IMG/VR virus record: IMGVR_UViG_3300037419_000894
Coordinates: 10,242-74,241 of that record
Length of the DNA: 64,000 nucleotides
Direction: 5' to 3' (one strand)
Origin: a virus
Taxonomy: Duplodnaviria > Caudoviricetes
The stretch's first letter is position 1, and every line of letters begins with the position of its first letter. Shown piece by piece: positions 36,938 to 46,739 of this stretch. The notes beneath the pieces are model-generated. The model was not told the DNA's origin and did not search any database. It saw only the letters and a list, made by a program, of their open reading frames with translations. The position numbers were made by a program, and so were the translations under genes.

Positions 36938-38766
36938 TATGTCAAACTTTCAATTTCAATGTGGAGAGTCGCGTGCTCGACATAGTCGGCACCCATGCTG
37001 TATTCCTTGTAGAACCCGTACTGCATTGAGCCAGTTTCAGAATCGTCACCAACATACACAACCGGGATTGCGCGATAGCTGTTAAGCAAGTCCAAGAACA
37101 TCTTTACTTTAGCGCGGTCAATGAATGCTGTGAGCGTCATTGTTTTTGCAAAAGGACGTTCTTGGACATAGGTCTGACCAAAGTCATTCGTGTCTTTAAC
37201 GGAGTAGTCTTGACTACTCATCGACATACCGGATTGAGTTGGTCCGAATACCTTTGACAGACCCATCAGGCAAAGACCGCAATACACGGTTTCCCCGGTA
37301 CTGCTGAACAGCGCGATCGATATTATTGCGTCCGAGTATGGCGGCAGATTGAAGAACGCAACGTCCGTCAGTCGTACAATCGGCTCAAAGCAGTAAGTAT
37401 ATGGATCGGTTATCCCGTCTGTTGAAATCAAGCTAACCGTCTGATCATAAACTACTCCGTCTACAGGGTGCAGCATAGCCACACGCGCAGCAGTTGCGCC
37501 CGAAATGTTTTGCAGGACAATGCTGTCAACAAGACTATCCGAAGGTGTGGTCAGTCCCGCGCAGATTGCACCAACGTTGGAAGTCTGGGAGCCGACGGAT
37601 TTGTCAAACATTGCCCATTTATTCGTAGAACCTGCGTCCAACCAGTAGTCGGTGTTCGGGGGTACTTTTCCGTAGTTTGTGGACGCTCTCGCTGTAGCGC
37701 TTCCAACCGACCCGCTGGTGTTGATGTTCGTTGTGCCGTTCACAGCTGCCACAAGCTGGAACGAATTGGCCAGGAGGTTAGTGCTTGACACATAGTACAC
37801 AGTGTTCAGCGCCAGACCCGTCGGAACCGTCCCTGAAGTGAATTGTACAGGCGTATTTGCAGCCAGCCCGTGGCCATTCCAAGTGACCACACATGGACTT
37901 GCTGCGCTGATTGAGACTGTGGCCGTGCTACCAGTCGCAGACTCGTAGACTTTGTGTTGTCCCGTTGAGGTATCCATCACACGGTCACCAATTACGTACA
38001 GCTTGGTCACGTCGTGCAAAGGATAGTCGGTTTCCGTAAGTGTGCTGATCAATCCCAGCGTGTTGACATCGGCTGCACGGGTGACAGGGCCAGTCGTTGT
38101 AAGGATGAAAGATGTAGCAACACTTCCCACTTCGACTTGAGGACCAAACATATCAACCGTAAGCGCTGCTCCGAAGTCGTCTCGGTACAAGTGGAGAGTC
38201 CTGTTCCCGGTCGAATCAGGGATAAAGGTCACGGCAGCACGGACCCAGCCACCTCCAACGTTAGTAAATTTGATAGTTGCGCCACCTGTTGTACTCAGTA
38301 CCTGTAATGTCACAGGGTTAAAAACTGCATATTGGCTAGGCGACTCCAGTCCGAATTGCAAATTTCCCGTTCCACTTACGTAGCGAAAGAACACGCTCAG
38401 AGTGTGAACAGCCCCGTCAGTCATAACACCGGCGCCAGCCTGCCCGCTCCGCATGTAATACCCATCACCTATCCCGGAAAGTGCCCAACGGGCGGCCCCG
38501 GTAGCCCCTGTCGGGTCGGTACTTGGACTGGCAGAAACCACACCACCGTTAAAAAACCATGAAGGACCGAAGCCACCAGCAAGATTGGTAGCAACAGGTT
38601 CGATCAGCAGACACGGAGGTTTAGTTAAATCCGTTGGATCATAACTAAACCGTGGGACGTCATTTGCAACCGTTATCAACGTCCCGGTTTTGTCCCACAT
38701 GGTAGCAGATGAGGCCCGGCTAAAGGCCCCGCTGTCTTTTATTGCAGCTGGTCGAATAATTTTCAT
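36937..38766 (-). CDS. tail tip / distal-tail-related protein with carbohydrate-binding-like insertions
   Basis: immediately follows tape measure; FSRASSAT...LLIEP..TN and GGGWVR lectin-like module; TNKWAMFD, SQDYSVKDTNDFG motifs. Confidence 0.65.
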   Translation of the reverse strand: MKIIRPAAIKDSGAFSRASSATMWDKTGTLITVANDVPRFSYDPTDLTKPPCLLIEPVATNLAGGFGPSWFFNGGVVSASPSTDPTGATGAARWALSGIGDGYYMRSGQAGAGVMTDGAVHTLSVFFRYVSGTGNLQFGLESPSQYAVFNPVTLQVLSTTGGATIKFTNVGGGWVRAAVTFIPDSTGNRTLHLYRDDFGAALTVDMFGPQVEVGSVATSFILTTTGPVTRAADVNTLGLISTLTETDYPLHDVTKLYVIGDRVMDTSTGQHKVYESATGSTATVSISAASPCVVTWNGHGLAANTPVQFTSGTVPTGLALNTVYYVSSTNLLANSFQLVAAVNGTTNINTSGSVGSATARASTNYGKVPPNTDYWLDAGSTNKWAMFDKSVGSQTSNVGAICAGLTTPSDSLVDSIVLQNISGATAARVAMLHPVDGVVYDQTVSLISTDGITDPYTYCFEPIVRLTDVAFFNLPPYSDAIISIALFSSTGETVYCGLCLMGLSKVFGPTQSGMSMSSQDYSVKDTNDFGQTYVQERPFAKTMTLTAFIDRAKVKMFLDLLNSYRAIPVVYVGDDSETGSMQYGFYKEYSMGADYVEHATLHIEIESLT

Positions 38767-41700
38767 ACGCCCGAGGTCGCGTCGCGAATAAAGATACCTT
38801 GAGTTTCAAGTCGCTTCAACTTGCTTGCTGTCACTGCCGTGTCACGCTGCAATGCAACCATACCTGCCTTGTTTTCCGCGCGGAAGCCTGCAAACTGCGC
38901 TTCCAGTCGTTGAACCGCTGAGACAAACACTGCACTATTGTCCGACCGCTTCATCCGCAGCAGCGACATCAGTTCGTTGTTATCTGCTTTAGGCATGACT
39001 CGCTCACCCTCATGGAGAAGCGCAGGCATGGTTTTCGGCACAACGTTGATACCATCTGCAAACGGATGCAACCACTTGTATTCGTTGCTCTGCATAATTG
39101 CACGACCCACATCAGCAATCGTAGCGCCACGGTTCTTAATTGCGTCCTGCCAGAAGGCTAACCCTTCTGCATCACCCGGACGACCGAGAAGCTGCTGATA
39201 CAGGACGTCCAAGCCCATGCCGTTCGCACTTTCAAAGCTGCTGCCAGTTGGAGCGTTGACCACAGCCTGCTGAGCTTGTGCAATCGTTGCAGAGTTGTTG
39301 AACGCTACCAGCGCATCGCGAACCGACAAGACTGAGCTATTGATACCCTTCAGAAGATCGTTGCGTTGCTTTGCATCGTTAAGGATTTTATCCTGTTCAG
39401 CAATGTCCGATTTGTACTTAGCATCGAGAGCAGCGAGCTGAGCGGCGGTTCCAGAGTCAATTGCTGCAATGGTAGCATTAATGCCGTCGATTTGCAACTG
39501 GGTATAGTCTTCTTGCGTCTTGGAACTTTGTCCCAAAGTCTCCAGGATCTGCTTTGTACGAGCTTGATCCCGCATAAAGTCAAGCTCAGTTGCAAACATC
39601 TTTGTAGACACTTGCGAAACATTTGCCAATGCATCGTCAAGACCGCCAGCTTTTGTTAGATCTGCACCACTGCTCGACAGGTTAGTTAGATACTTCTGAG
39701 CAGCCAATCGACGCGAGTAGTCAAGCTGTGTTGAGTGAACAATGGTGCTCTTGATAGCATTTTGGATGCTGGAGGTCACATGCTGGATGGCATTTAGATA
39801 ATCCTGGGCAACCTTCAGTCGCCCCTGCGCATCCTTTTTTGCAACGTCCGCAGCACTTTGAATCGAATCCTTTTGTACGTTGTAAGCATCCTCAATAGCG
39901 GTCTTTTGCGCGCTCACTGCATCGGACAGACGGCTGTAATCGCTGTCGGCTTGTTTCAGCAGACTGTCGAGCAGGTCTTGTGACGCTTGCTTAGCCTTAG
40001 TTGCTGCGTCAGCTTCATCTTGAAGTGCCCACACACGCTCCTGCAACGGGCGCAGGCTTGCATCCATACTATCCAACTCCATCTGACGCTGCGCAGTGAC
40101 CACACGCTGCTTCTCGACGCTGTTGTTAGTGAGGTCCGCGAGCTGGGACTCAAGGGCTAGGCGGTCTTTTGTGAGACCCTTCTGGAATTCCTGGACCTTA
40201 AAGAAAGCGTCCTGCACAGACATGATATCAGCCAATCGCTTGACACCGTCTTGAGTAGACAGGTCGAGCCCAGCGACCACAGCTTTGAGCTGTGCCTCAG
40301 TTTGGATACTCGACAGACCCAACTTGTCAAGCGCATCCGATACAGCTTTTGTGAGCGGAGCAATCTTTTCTGAGTCGGTAAGATAGTTCTGCGTGTACGA
40401 GTTAATGGATGCATTAACTGCATCCAAGCCACCCATCATGCTCACAAGTTGTTCACGGACCGAATCCGACGCCAAGCCTACTGCCCCAAACGCCGTCTTG
40501 GTATCTTTTCCAAGGGCTTGCGCCGCAAGGTCTGTCACCTTGAAGACATTGTTCAGGCGCGTCAAAGTTTGAGACGCAGTTTCATTAGCTTGGCTAAACT
40601 CAGCAATGTTCGGAATGACCTGTTTGGCCATATCGTCGCTGAGGCTAGAGAAATAGTCCGTGAGGGCTTTTTGGTTAGCAGCAGTATCGTTCGTCAACGT
40701 GATATCAAACGTTGTTTGGAACCTATCAATCGCTTCAGTAGACAGACCAAGGTCGCTCGCAGCTTGATGAGCGGTAGTCCGCAGAGCTAGGAAACTTTGA
40801 TACAACGTATTGGTGAAGTCCTTTGTAAGGTCTTGACCAGCCATCCAGCTGCTATCGCTACGGAACCAACCACCCTTCTCCTTAATATTCTGATACGAGA
40901 TACCTCCCGCAGCCGAACCATCGATCCAGCCTTTAATACCTTGGCTTTGAACCTCAGCTGGACCGTGCCCAAAAGCTTTGTCCCATAGGGCAGCGGCAGC
41001 TATCACACCTCCAATCCATGGAAGAGCTGCTGCGGTGGCTGCACCGAAGGTGGCAGCACTAGCCTCAGCTGCCATACCTGCGCTTGCGAAGGTTTCCGCA
41101 GCTCCGGTCATCATTGTAAAACCGCCAGCCATTGGTACAGTACCAGCCATACCTGCACCGAAAGCGGACAAGCCGCTTCCACCGAGAGAGCCCAAACCGA
41201 AGTAAGATCCAACAGAGCTCAATCCGTTACCGACACCAGCGATAGCAGTACCAGCCCCGCCAAACACGTTGCCTTTAAGCAGATTGTACGAGTTAGAGAT
41301 AGATGACGCGGTTCCGAGCAGATTAGCCCCCGAGCCTGCAGCCGTAGCATTCGGGCTAACCACACTTGCTACAAAGTTGCTCACAGGTTCAATGATTGGG
41401 TGCAGGATCGTTTTTGCAAACGATACCTCCATATCATGGATGAGCTTTTTCAAGCCTTTGCCGCCACCGTCGACAATTGCGCTCGCAAGGTCGTCACCAA
41501 TCTTTTTATTGGTTTGTTTCCAAAGCTGGTCAGCTTCTTTTTGAGCAGCAGCAGCAGCTTCTAATTCCGCACCACGGTTAAGTGTGCCGGAGTATTCTCG
41601 ACGCTTTTCGATGATTTGCTTCAGCTTGTCAAGCTCAGCCTCATACATCTTCTGAGCCTCGCTGCCCACACTCGCGTAAGTTACACCAAGCTCGGTCCAA

Positions 41701-44507
41701 ATAACACCCTTCTCGAGCAGCAATTGTATTGCGTCTGCTTGTGCCTGAAGCTCGTTGGTTGCAGCGTCCTCTTGAGCCTGCTTGTACAGGTCGATCTGCT
41801 CTTTGGTCTTGCCAATCTCCCCGTTCTTTTCTTTTTGTTTATCGATCAGCTGGTTCAGGCGTTTAAGTTCATCGTCACCGGACTTATTGATCGCTTTGAC
41901 GTATTTGTCAACTTGCTGCTCGTTGAACTGTTGGTCAGCCAACGCTTGGGCAGCAGCAATCTTAGCCCTGCCTTCGTTGTATGCGTCAATGGTAGCCTGG
42001 ATCTGCTTACGGACGTTAGCTGCGTCTACGTTGTTCAGCGGCTTGTACTTCTCCAAGATTGCAAGCTTGGCCTTTTCTTCGTTTTCGAGTGCAGTGAGTT
42101 CTTCAGCACGAGCAGCCTTAGCTTGCTCGTATGCATCCTCTTGGCTCAGGCTACCTTTCTTAAACTGGTCTTGAATCAGCTTAATGCGTGCATCACCAGA
42201 CTGCTTCGCCATGTTGAACAAGGCAGTCTCATGATCCAATGCACCCTGCAAGTCTTGCTTGCGTCCGTCGTTTTTGACCGCTGCAACCTTTTGCGTGTGA
42301 GTCTTAATAATATTTTCTTCACGCTCAGCAAGATATGCTGCATTGTCTTTTTTATAACCCGGTAGTCCCGCTTCAATAATATCGTTTTCTTGATGAAACT
42401 TGTCCAAAGCGTCTTTAAGCTCGCTTTGGGACTTCTTCATCAGCCGCACGTCTTCAATAGCACGTACAGTCAGTAAGTGCTTTGCATCAGCAGCCTTCTG
42501 CTCTTGGTCAGCCTGCTTTGCTGCTCGCTCATTCTCGTTGCCAATCTTTTGCTCGAGATCATAATACTGCTGCAAAAGCAAGATGTCTGTTTTAGACATA
42601 TGGGTCGTGTCAGTCTTAATCGACCCATCGTCATTCTTCGCAAGCTTGTTTATTAAAGTTTGTTCTTGGTTGGCTAGGCTGCTTTTCTTGCCAATATCAG
42701 CCATTGCCTGAATTGCACCCTTGACGGCGCCGGTTACAGCATGCCAGCCACGCTCAATCCAACCAATGTACTCGGTGGAAGCTTCAGCTTGCCGCTTAGT
42801 TTCTTCTGCATAAAGCTTGATCGCAAGTGCAGAGGCTTCCCGAGACTTACCTTCTTTCTCAAGCTGGATAATTGCTTCCATCTGCGAGACGGTAAGGAAG
42901 TGGTAATGCTCGTCAAGCTTTTCAATCGCCTTACTGACTTGGAAATAACCATTAATGCCTGAAGTGGTTCCGCGAACAACAAGCGTTTCAAATTCGGAGA
43001 TCGTCTTATTGACTTCCACGCCAAAGGCGTGCGCTAGCCCGGTTGCGCTGGCAGTGATTTCGTCAATCTGGTCTTTAGTGAACTTCCCCGACGAAGTTAG
43101 CAGCGCGGCCGACTTGTATGCGTCCGTGTAAGCCCCGTGCACCTTGCCCACACTCTGCGCGAGTGCTTCAAGGCTGTCGCGGGTTTCGCCTGCAAAACCG
43201 TTAGTCCGGTTAATTGCATCGTTAAATGCGCGTGTCTGCTGCTCACCACGATTGACTTCGTAAGCAAGAACACCGAGCGCAGCAACCACCCCAAGTGTGG
43301 TCATGCTAAAACCTGTCAGCGAGATGGATGCGGAGTTGAGATACTCCATCATAACCATCAGCGATCCCGGAATACGAGTAAAGCGGCCTTGCAAAGCTTC
43401 ATGGGCAATAACGATTGCTTCGGTCCGCACTCGGTTATTGCCGAAAGCTGCGCTAAGCCCGTTAGTGGCCTGTGTAGCGTCTCGTGCTCCGTGTCCTACT
43501 GATGCGAGTTGTTGCACAAGCGCATCGTAGTTCGGCAAGTCGCGAATAGCGGCTGCGCTGAACGTGTTTTCAATTGTACCTTGAGAGATCGCGGGGTTGG
43601 CTTGGTACGCCCGCAAACGGTCAAGAATCGCAACCTTTTGTTTAGCAGATGTCTCAGCCCACTTGATTTCTTCGATTGCTTGTTTTTCTGCAAGTGCAAT
43701 GCCCTTAGCAACCGCTGCATCCTGCGCAGCAAGTTCACGCTCCCAAAAGGCTACATAATCAGCCTCTTGTTTCTGGCGCATCTTCCACAGCTCCACGTCG
43801 CGTCGCTGTTGGATTTCAATCTGCTTCGCAACCGCAGCCTCTTCAGCAGCTGTCTGTTTCGCCAATGCAGCATCTTGAGCAGCCAGGGTCTTCTCCCACC
43901 AGCCCACGTATTCGACAAGTTGCTTGTTGCGCTGTTCGTTTAACCACACATCGCGCTCTTGTTCAATGCGGGTTATCTCTTGGTAGGCGCGCACCTGCTC
44001 TTGATATACCTCGATGTCGCGTTTCTGCTGAAGCGTATGCTCCATTTCTGCGCGAGTGAGACGCTCCAAGTTTGCAATGAGTGGTTCAGCGTCGTTTATA
44101 ACCCCGAGTTGAGCAGCACGATAGCGATACAGCTCCTCAGTAGACATGCCAAAGGTTGCATTGAGCTCGCGTAGCTTAGCAACAAGGTTGCTGCCAGCGT
44201 CAGCTGTCGCTCGTTGGATACGCTCAATCTCTTTCTCAGCTTCAATTTGCGCAAGGATGGACCTTTGGAGATCGTCAAAACCTTGCTTAGTGACAACCGT
44301 GCCGGTCTTGAGGTCTTCGAGCTTTTTAACAGCACGGATCGTAGCAGTGCCAATCTTGGTTCCAACCAAGTCAGCAGTATCTGCCACTTGATTGAGAGAC
44401 TTCTCCAACTGTTCAACTTGCTTAATCCCGTCCCTAGTGTCCACACCAAGGGAAAGAGTTGCCGTGTCGCCGTTTCCGCCGTTGCCGCCAGTTGGAGTGC
44501 TCATCAT
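38763..44507 (-). CDS. tape measure protein
   Basis: 1914 aa, Ala/Gln-rich helical, follows tail chaperones; LLHEGERVMP near C terminus. Confidence 0.92.
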   Translation of the reverse strand: MMSTPTGGNGGNGDTATLSLGVDTRDGIKQVEQLEKSLNQVADTADLVGTKIGTATIRAVKKLEDLKTGTVVTKQGFDDLQRSILAQIEAEKEIERIQRATADAGSNLVAKLRELNATFGMSTEELYRYRAAQLGVINDAEPLIANLERLTRAEMEHTLQQKRDIEVYQEQVRAYQEITRIEQERDVWLNEQRNKQLVEYVGWWEKTLAAQDAALAKQTAAEEAAVAKQIEIQQRRDVELWKMRQKQEADYVAFWERELAAQDAAVAKGIALAEKQAIEEIKWAETSAKQKVAILDRLRAYQANPAISQGTIENTFSAAAIRDLPNYDALVQQLASVGHGARDATQATNGLSAAFGNNRVRTEAIVIAHEALQGRFTRIPGSLMVMMEYLNSASISLTGFSMTTLGVVAALGVLAYEVNRGEQQTRAFNDAINRTNGFAGETRDSLEALAQSVGKVHGAYTDAYKSAALLTSSGKFTKDQIDEITASATGLAHAFGVEVNKTISEFETLVVRGTTSGINGYFQVSKAIEKLDEHYHFLTVSQMEAIIQLEKEGKSREASALAIKLYAEETKRQAEASTEYIGWIERGWHAVTGAVKGAIQAMADIGKKSSLANQEQTLINKLAKNDDGSIKTDTTHMSKTDILLLQQYYDLEQKIGNENERAAKQADQEQKAADAKHLLTVRAIEDVRLMKKSQSELKDALDKFHQENDIIEAGLPGYKKDNAAYLAEREENIIKTHTQKVAAVKNDGRKQDLQGALDHETALFNMAKQSGDARIKLIQDQFKKGSLSQEDAYEQAKAARAEELTALENEEKAKLAILEKYKPLNNVDAANVRKQIQATIDAYNEGRAKIAAAQALADQQFNEQQVDKYVKAINKSGDDELKRLNQLIDKQKEKNGEIGKTKEQIDLYKQAQEDAATNELQAQADAIQLLLEKGVIWTELGVTYASVGSEAQKMYEAELDKLKQIIEKRREYSGTLNRGAELEAAAAAQKEADQLWKQTNKKIGDDLASAIVDGGGKGLKKLIHDMEVSFAKTILHPIIEPVSNFVASVVSPNATAAGSGANLLGTASSISNSYNLLKGNVFGGAGTAIAGVGNGLSSVGSYFGLGSLGGSGLSAFGAGMAGTVPMAGGFTMMTGAAETFASAGMAAEASAATFGAATAAALPWIGGVIAAAALWDKAFGHGPAEVQSQGIKGWIDGSAAGGISYQNIKEKGGWFRSDSSWMAGQDLTKDFTNTLYQSFLALRTTAHQAASDLGLSTEAIDRFQTTFDITLTNDTAANQKALTDYFSSLSDDMAKQVIPNIAEFSQANETASQTLTRLNNVFKVTDLAAQALGKDTKTAFGAVGLASDSVREQLVSMMGGLDAVNASINSYTQNYLTDSEKIAPLTKAVSDALDKLGLSSIQTEAQLKAVVAGLDLSTQDGVKRLADIMSVQDAFFKVQEFQKGLTKDRLALESQLADLTNNSVEKQRVVTAQRQMELDSMDASLRPLQERVWALQDEADAATKAKQASQDLLDSLLKQADSDYSRLSDAVSAQKTAIEDAYNVQKDSIQSAADVAKKDAQGRLKVAQDYLNAIQHVTSSIQNAIKSTIVHSTQLDYSRRLAAQKYLTNLSSSGADLTKAGGLDDALANVSQVSTKMFATELDFMRDQARTKQILETLGQSSKTQEDYTQLQIDGINATIAAIDSGTAAQLAALDAKYKSDIAEQDKILNDAKQRNDLLKGINSSVLSVRDALVAFNNSATIAQAQQAVVNAPTGSSFESANGMGLDVLYQQLLGRPGDAEGLAFWQDAIKNRGATIADVGRAIMQSNEYKWLHPFADGINVVPKTMPALLHEGERVMPKADNNELMSLLRMKRSDNSAVFVSAVQRLEAQFAGFRAENKAGMVALQRDTAVTASKLKRLETQGIFIRDATSGV

Positions 44508-44911
44508 TGACCTTTTTCAGCTTTTTTCCGACTCTCAGAATAAGAGTGGAGGAGGAAGGCGCGATCAACTGCCATTAATGCTCTTACTTCAATCGGGAGC
44601 AATTCAATCTGAAGATTAAACGCCCAATTTCGAATCTCGGTATGGGTGATCGGCCCATGCGCCATAAAGCTTTGCCGCGTTGCGTCCAGCTCTGTAAACC
44701 ATGACCACACATGCTCAAGTTCCCAAGGGCAAGGAACTTCAGGTGGTACGTCCTCGAAGGTCTGATCCGTTATGACTTGGGGAGCGAAGCAGTTCTTCTT
44801 TGCCGCATTGACATGCTCCGTCGTTGTGGCTCCGTCGTCCTGCTTGCTCCCCCAAAAGAACTTGCACTTGGCAAACTCTACCAGCCTACGGATCAGATCT
44901 TCATAAAATTT
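44504..44911 (-). CDS. tail assembly chaperone, -1 frameshift extension (gpT-like)
   Basis: slippery A-AAT-TTT at 44905-44911; -1 frame checked codon by codon, stays open into ORF 44504..44710 (PCPWELEHVWSWFTEL...GPI). Confidence 0.8.
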   Translation of the reverse strand, partial: KFYEDLIRRLVEFAKCKFFWGSKQDDGATTTEHVNAAKKNCFAPQVITDQTFEDVPPEVPCPWELEHVWSWFTELDATRQSFMAHGPITHTEIRNWAFNLQIELLPIEVRALMAVDRAFLLHSYSESRKKAEKGQ

Positions 44912-45345
44912 CCGTCAGCTTCCAGACCCTGGCTGATTTTGGTGCGCCACAGCGGGTACTGCGTCAGCAGGGTGTCGACAATCTTGCGGTCGAAGGTTGC
45001 AGCCTGGCCCTCGTCGCCGAAGCCGAACCATCCGACGGTCACTGCGACCGCCATGCCGTGCTCGCTCTGATCAACGCTGTCAGCGATGACCTTGGCGCCT
45101 TCTTCGGTGGAGCTGTCGACCTGCTGGGTGCGGGTTGCTGCGCGCATGATGCCCGTGATGCGCTGACGAGCTTTCTCGTCTTGGTATTCTTGACTGTTCT
45201 TGCCGACGATATAGAAGCCGGCAAGCGGCTTGCCTTCAGCATCAAAGACAACTGGTACTGAATGCTGGGTCTGGTTCAGACCCGATTGGGTAAGACGGCC
45301 GATTTCGATCAGGCCGTTGACGAGGATTTGTTGCGCGTTCGACAT
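44893..45345 (-). CDS. tail assembly chaperone (gpG-like)
   Basis: between tail tube and tape measure; ends in slippery heptamer. Confidence 0.8.
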   Translation of the reverse strand: MSNAQQILVNGLIEIGRLTQSGLNQTQHSVPVVFDAEGKPLAGFYIVGKNSQEYQDEKARQRITGIMRAATRTQQVDSSTEEGAKVIADSVDQSEHGMAVAVTVGWFGFGDEGQAATFDRKIVDTLLTQYPLWRTKISQGLEADGNFMKI

Positions 45346-45372
45346 GTTATATTCCTTGTGTTGTTACGGTTT

Positions 45373-45401
45373 AAAAAGCCCCTCGGGAGCTACCCGAGGG
45401 G
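45373..45401 (-). terminator. Rho-independent terminator after tail tube gene
   Basis: CCCCTCGGG-TAGCT-CCCGAGGGG hairpin followed by a T tract on - strand. Confidence 0.8.
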
Positions 45402-45441
45402 AAAGCGCACAAGCCCGGGAGTCACCGCGAGCTTGTTAAGA

Positions 45442-46677
45442 TCAGACGTACTGGCTGTCCTGAATTGCCATGACGGTTTGGAAGTTAGTCTGTCCAGAAC
45501 CGCCAGCAATGCATTCCAGTGCGGTGAACGGTGCGGTCAGGACCAGACCTTTCTCACCATCGTCCTTACCAGCACCTCCCATTTTAACACGGGGCAAGGA
45601 AATTGCAACGAAATCCGCGTTTGCTGCGTTGCTGGCCGTGAAGGCAGCGTACAGCGACACTTCCACTTCGTTGACGAAGTAGTCGCGGATCGTTGCATCG
45701 GTGAACAGCACCGTGGCCTGGCCGCTGACCTCGATGACGCCCGGCAGGATGTCCGGGTCAACGTTTGAGCCAACCACACCGCCGATGACGTTGTAGTTAC
45801 CCTTGACGGTAACGTTCAACCCTGTCACCAGACCGACAGCGACGCCATTCAGGTACAGGACGCCGTTCGATGCTGCCAGGCTGGAACCCGTGGTCACCGG
45901 AGTCGGGCTGACGAAGTAGCCTGCGGTGCTCGTGGTCATGTTAAGACCCTTCACGCCGAAGTCGACGGTCGCCATGCCGGTCGGCGGCAGCTTGATGTCA
46001 GCCTGGTCGATCACGCAGTCGGTGAACTGTTCCGCCTGCACGATGTCCTGGAAGTTGTGCTCGAAGGTGAAGTAGTCGCGGGTATGACCGGTCTGCGGGA
46101 CGTAGGTATGCTTGCCAACGGACGTGATGGTAACTGCTGCGGTTTCAGTCTTCGCAACCACAGGCTGGCCGTCCAGGCGGCAGACAGTCATAACCTTGTC
46201 GGTCAGGTTGGTGATCATCATGTTAGCTGCGTTGTTGGCGGTCGCCGTCGTGGTGAAGCCCGATGCACGAACCACCATGCCGATCTTGAACTTGTTGCCA
46301 GTCAGGAAGCTTGCAGTGGTTGCGGTGAGCGTGCCCGTATTGGTTCCGGTCGAGGCAGAGACAATATCACCAGCTGCTCCAACCACAGACACAGCGCTGA
46401 CCACACGCTGACGAAGGATAGCCTCGAAGAACTGCTGATGGGTGGCTACACTCAGCTCACCAGAGACGGTGCCGTCAACACTGCGCACGCCGTGACGGAA
46501 GTCAGCGCGTTGCTGCGACGGTCGGATCTCGCTTGACTGGTAGGTAGCCTTTTTCAGATCCAGATTCGAAGTGGTACGGCGCAGATTCTGGCCCGTACCG
46601 GTGCCAGCTGCTTGTCCCAGGCCTGGTTGACGCTTGAACGTTACAAGCTTATTTACGCCGGAGGCGATGGTAGTCAT
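45442..46677 (-). CDS. major tail (tube) protein
   Basis: LRRTTSNLDLKKATYQSSEIR, GVRSVDG-x-x-SGELS, YFTFEH; strong codon bias; followed by terminator. Confidence 0.88.
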   Translation of the reverse strand: MTTIASGVNKLVTFKRQPGLGQAAGTGTGQNLRRTTSNLDLKKATYQSSEIRPSQQRADFRHGVRSVDGTVSGELSVATHQQFFEAILRQRVVSAVSVVGAAGDIVSASTGTNTGTLTATTASFLTGNKFKIGMVVRASGFTTTATANNAANMMITNLTDKVMTVCRLDGQPVVAKTETAAVTITSVGKHTYVPQTGHTRDYFTFEHNFQDIVQAEQFTDCVIDQADIKLPPTGMATVDFGVKGLNMTTSTAGYFVSPTPVTTGSSLAASNGVLYLNGVAVGLVTGLNVTVKGNYNVIGGVVGSNVDPDILPGVIEVSGQATVLFTDATIRDYFVNEVEVSLYAAFTASNAANADFVAISLPRVKMGGAGKDDGEKGLVLTAPFTALECIAGGSGQTNFQTVMAIQDSQYV

Positions 46678-46739
46678 AATTTCCTCTCTGTTTAAGAACC
46701 CGCCAAAGCGGTAATTGAGCCGCCCTCAGCGGCAGGTTA

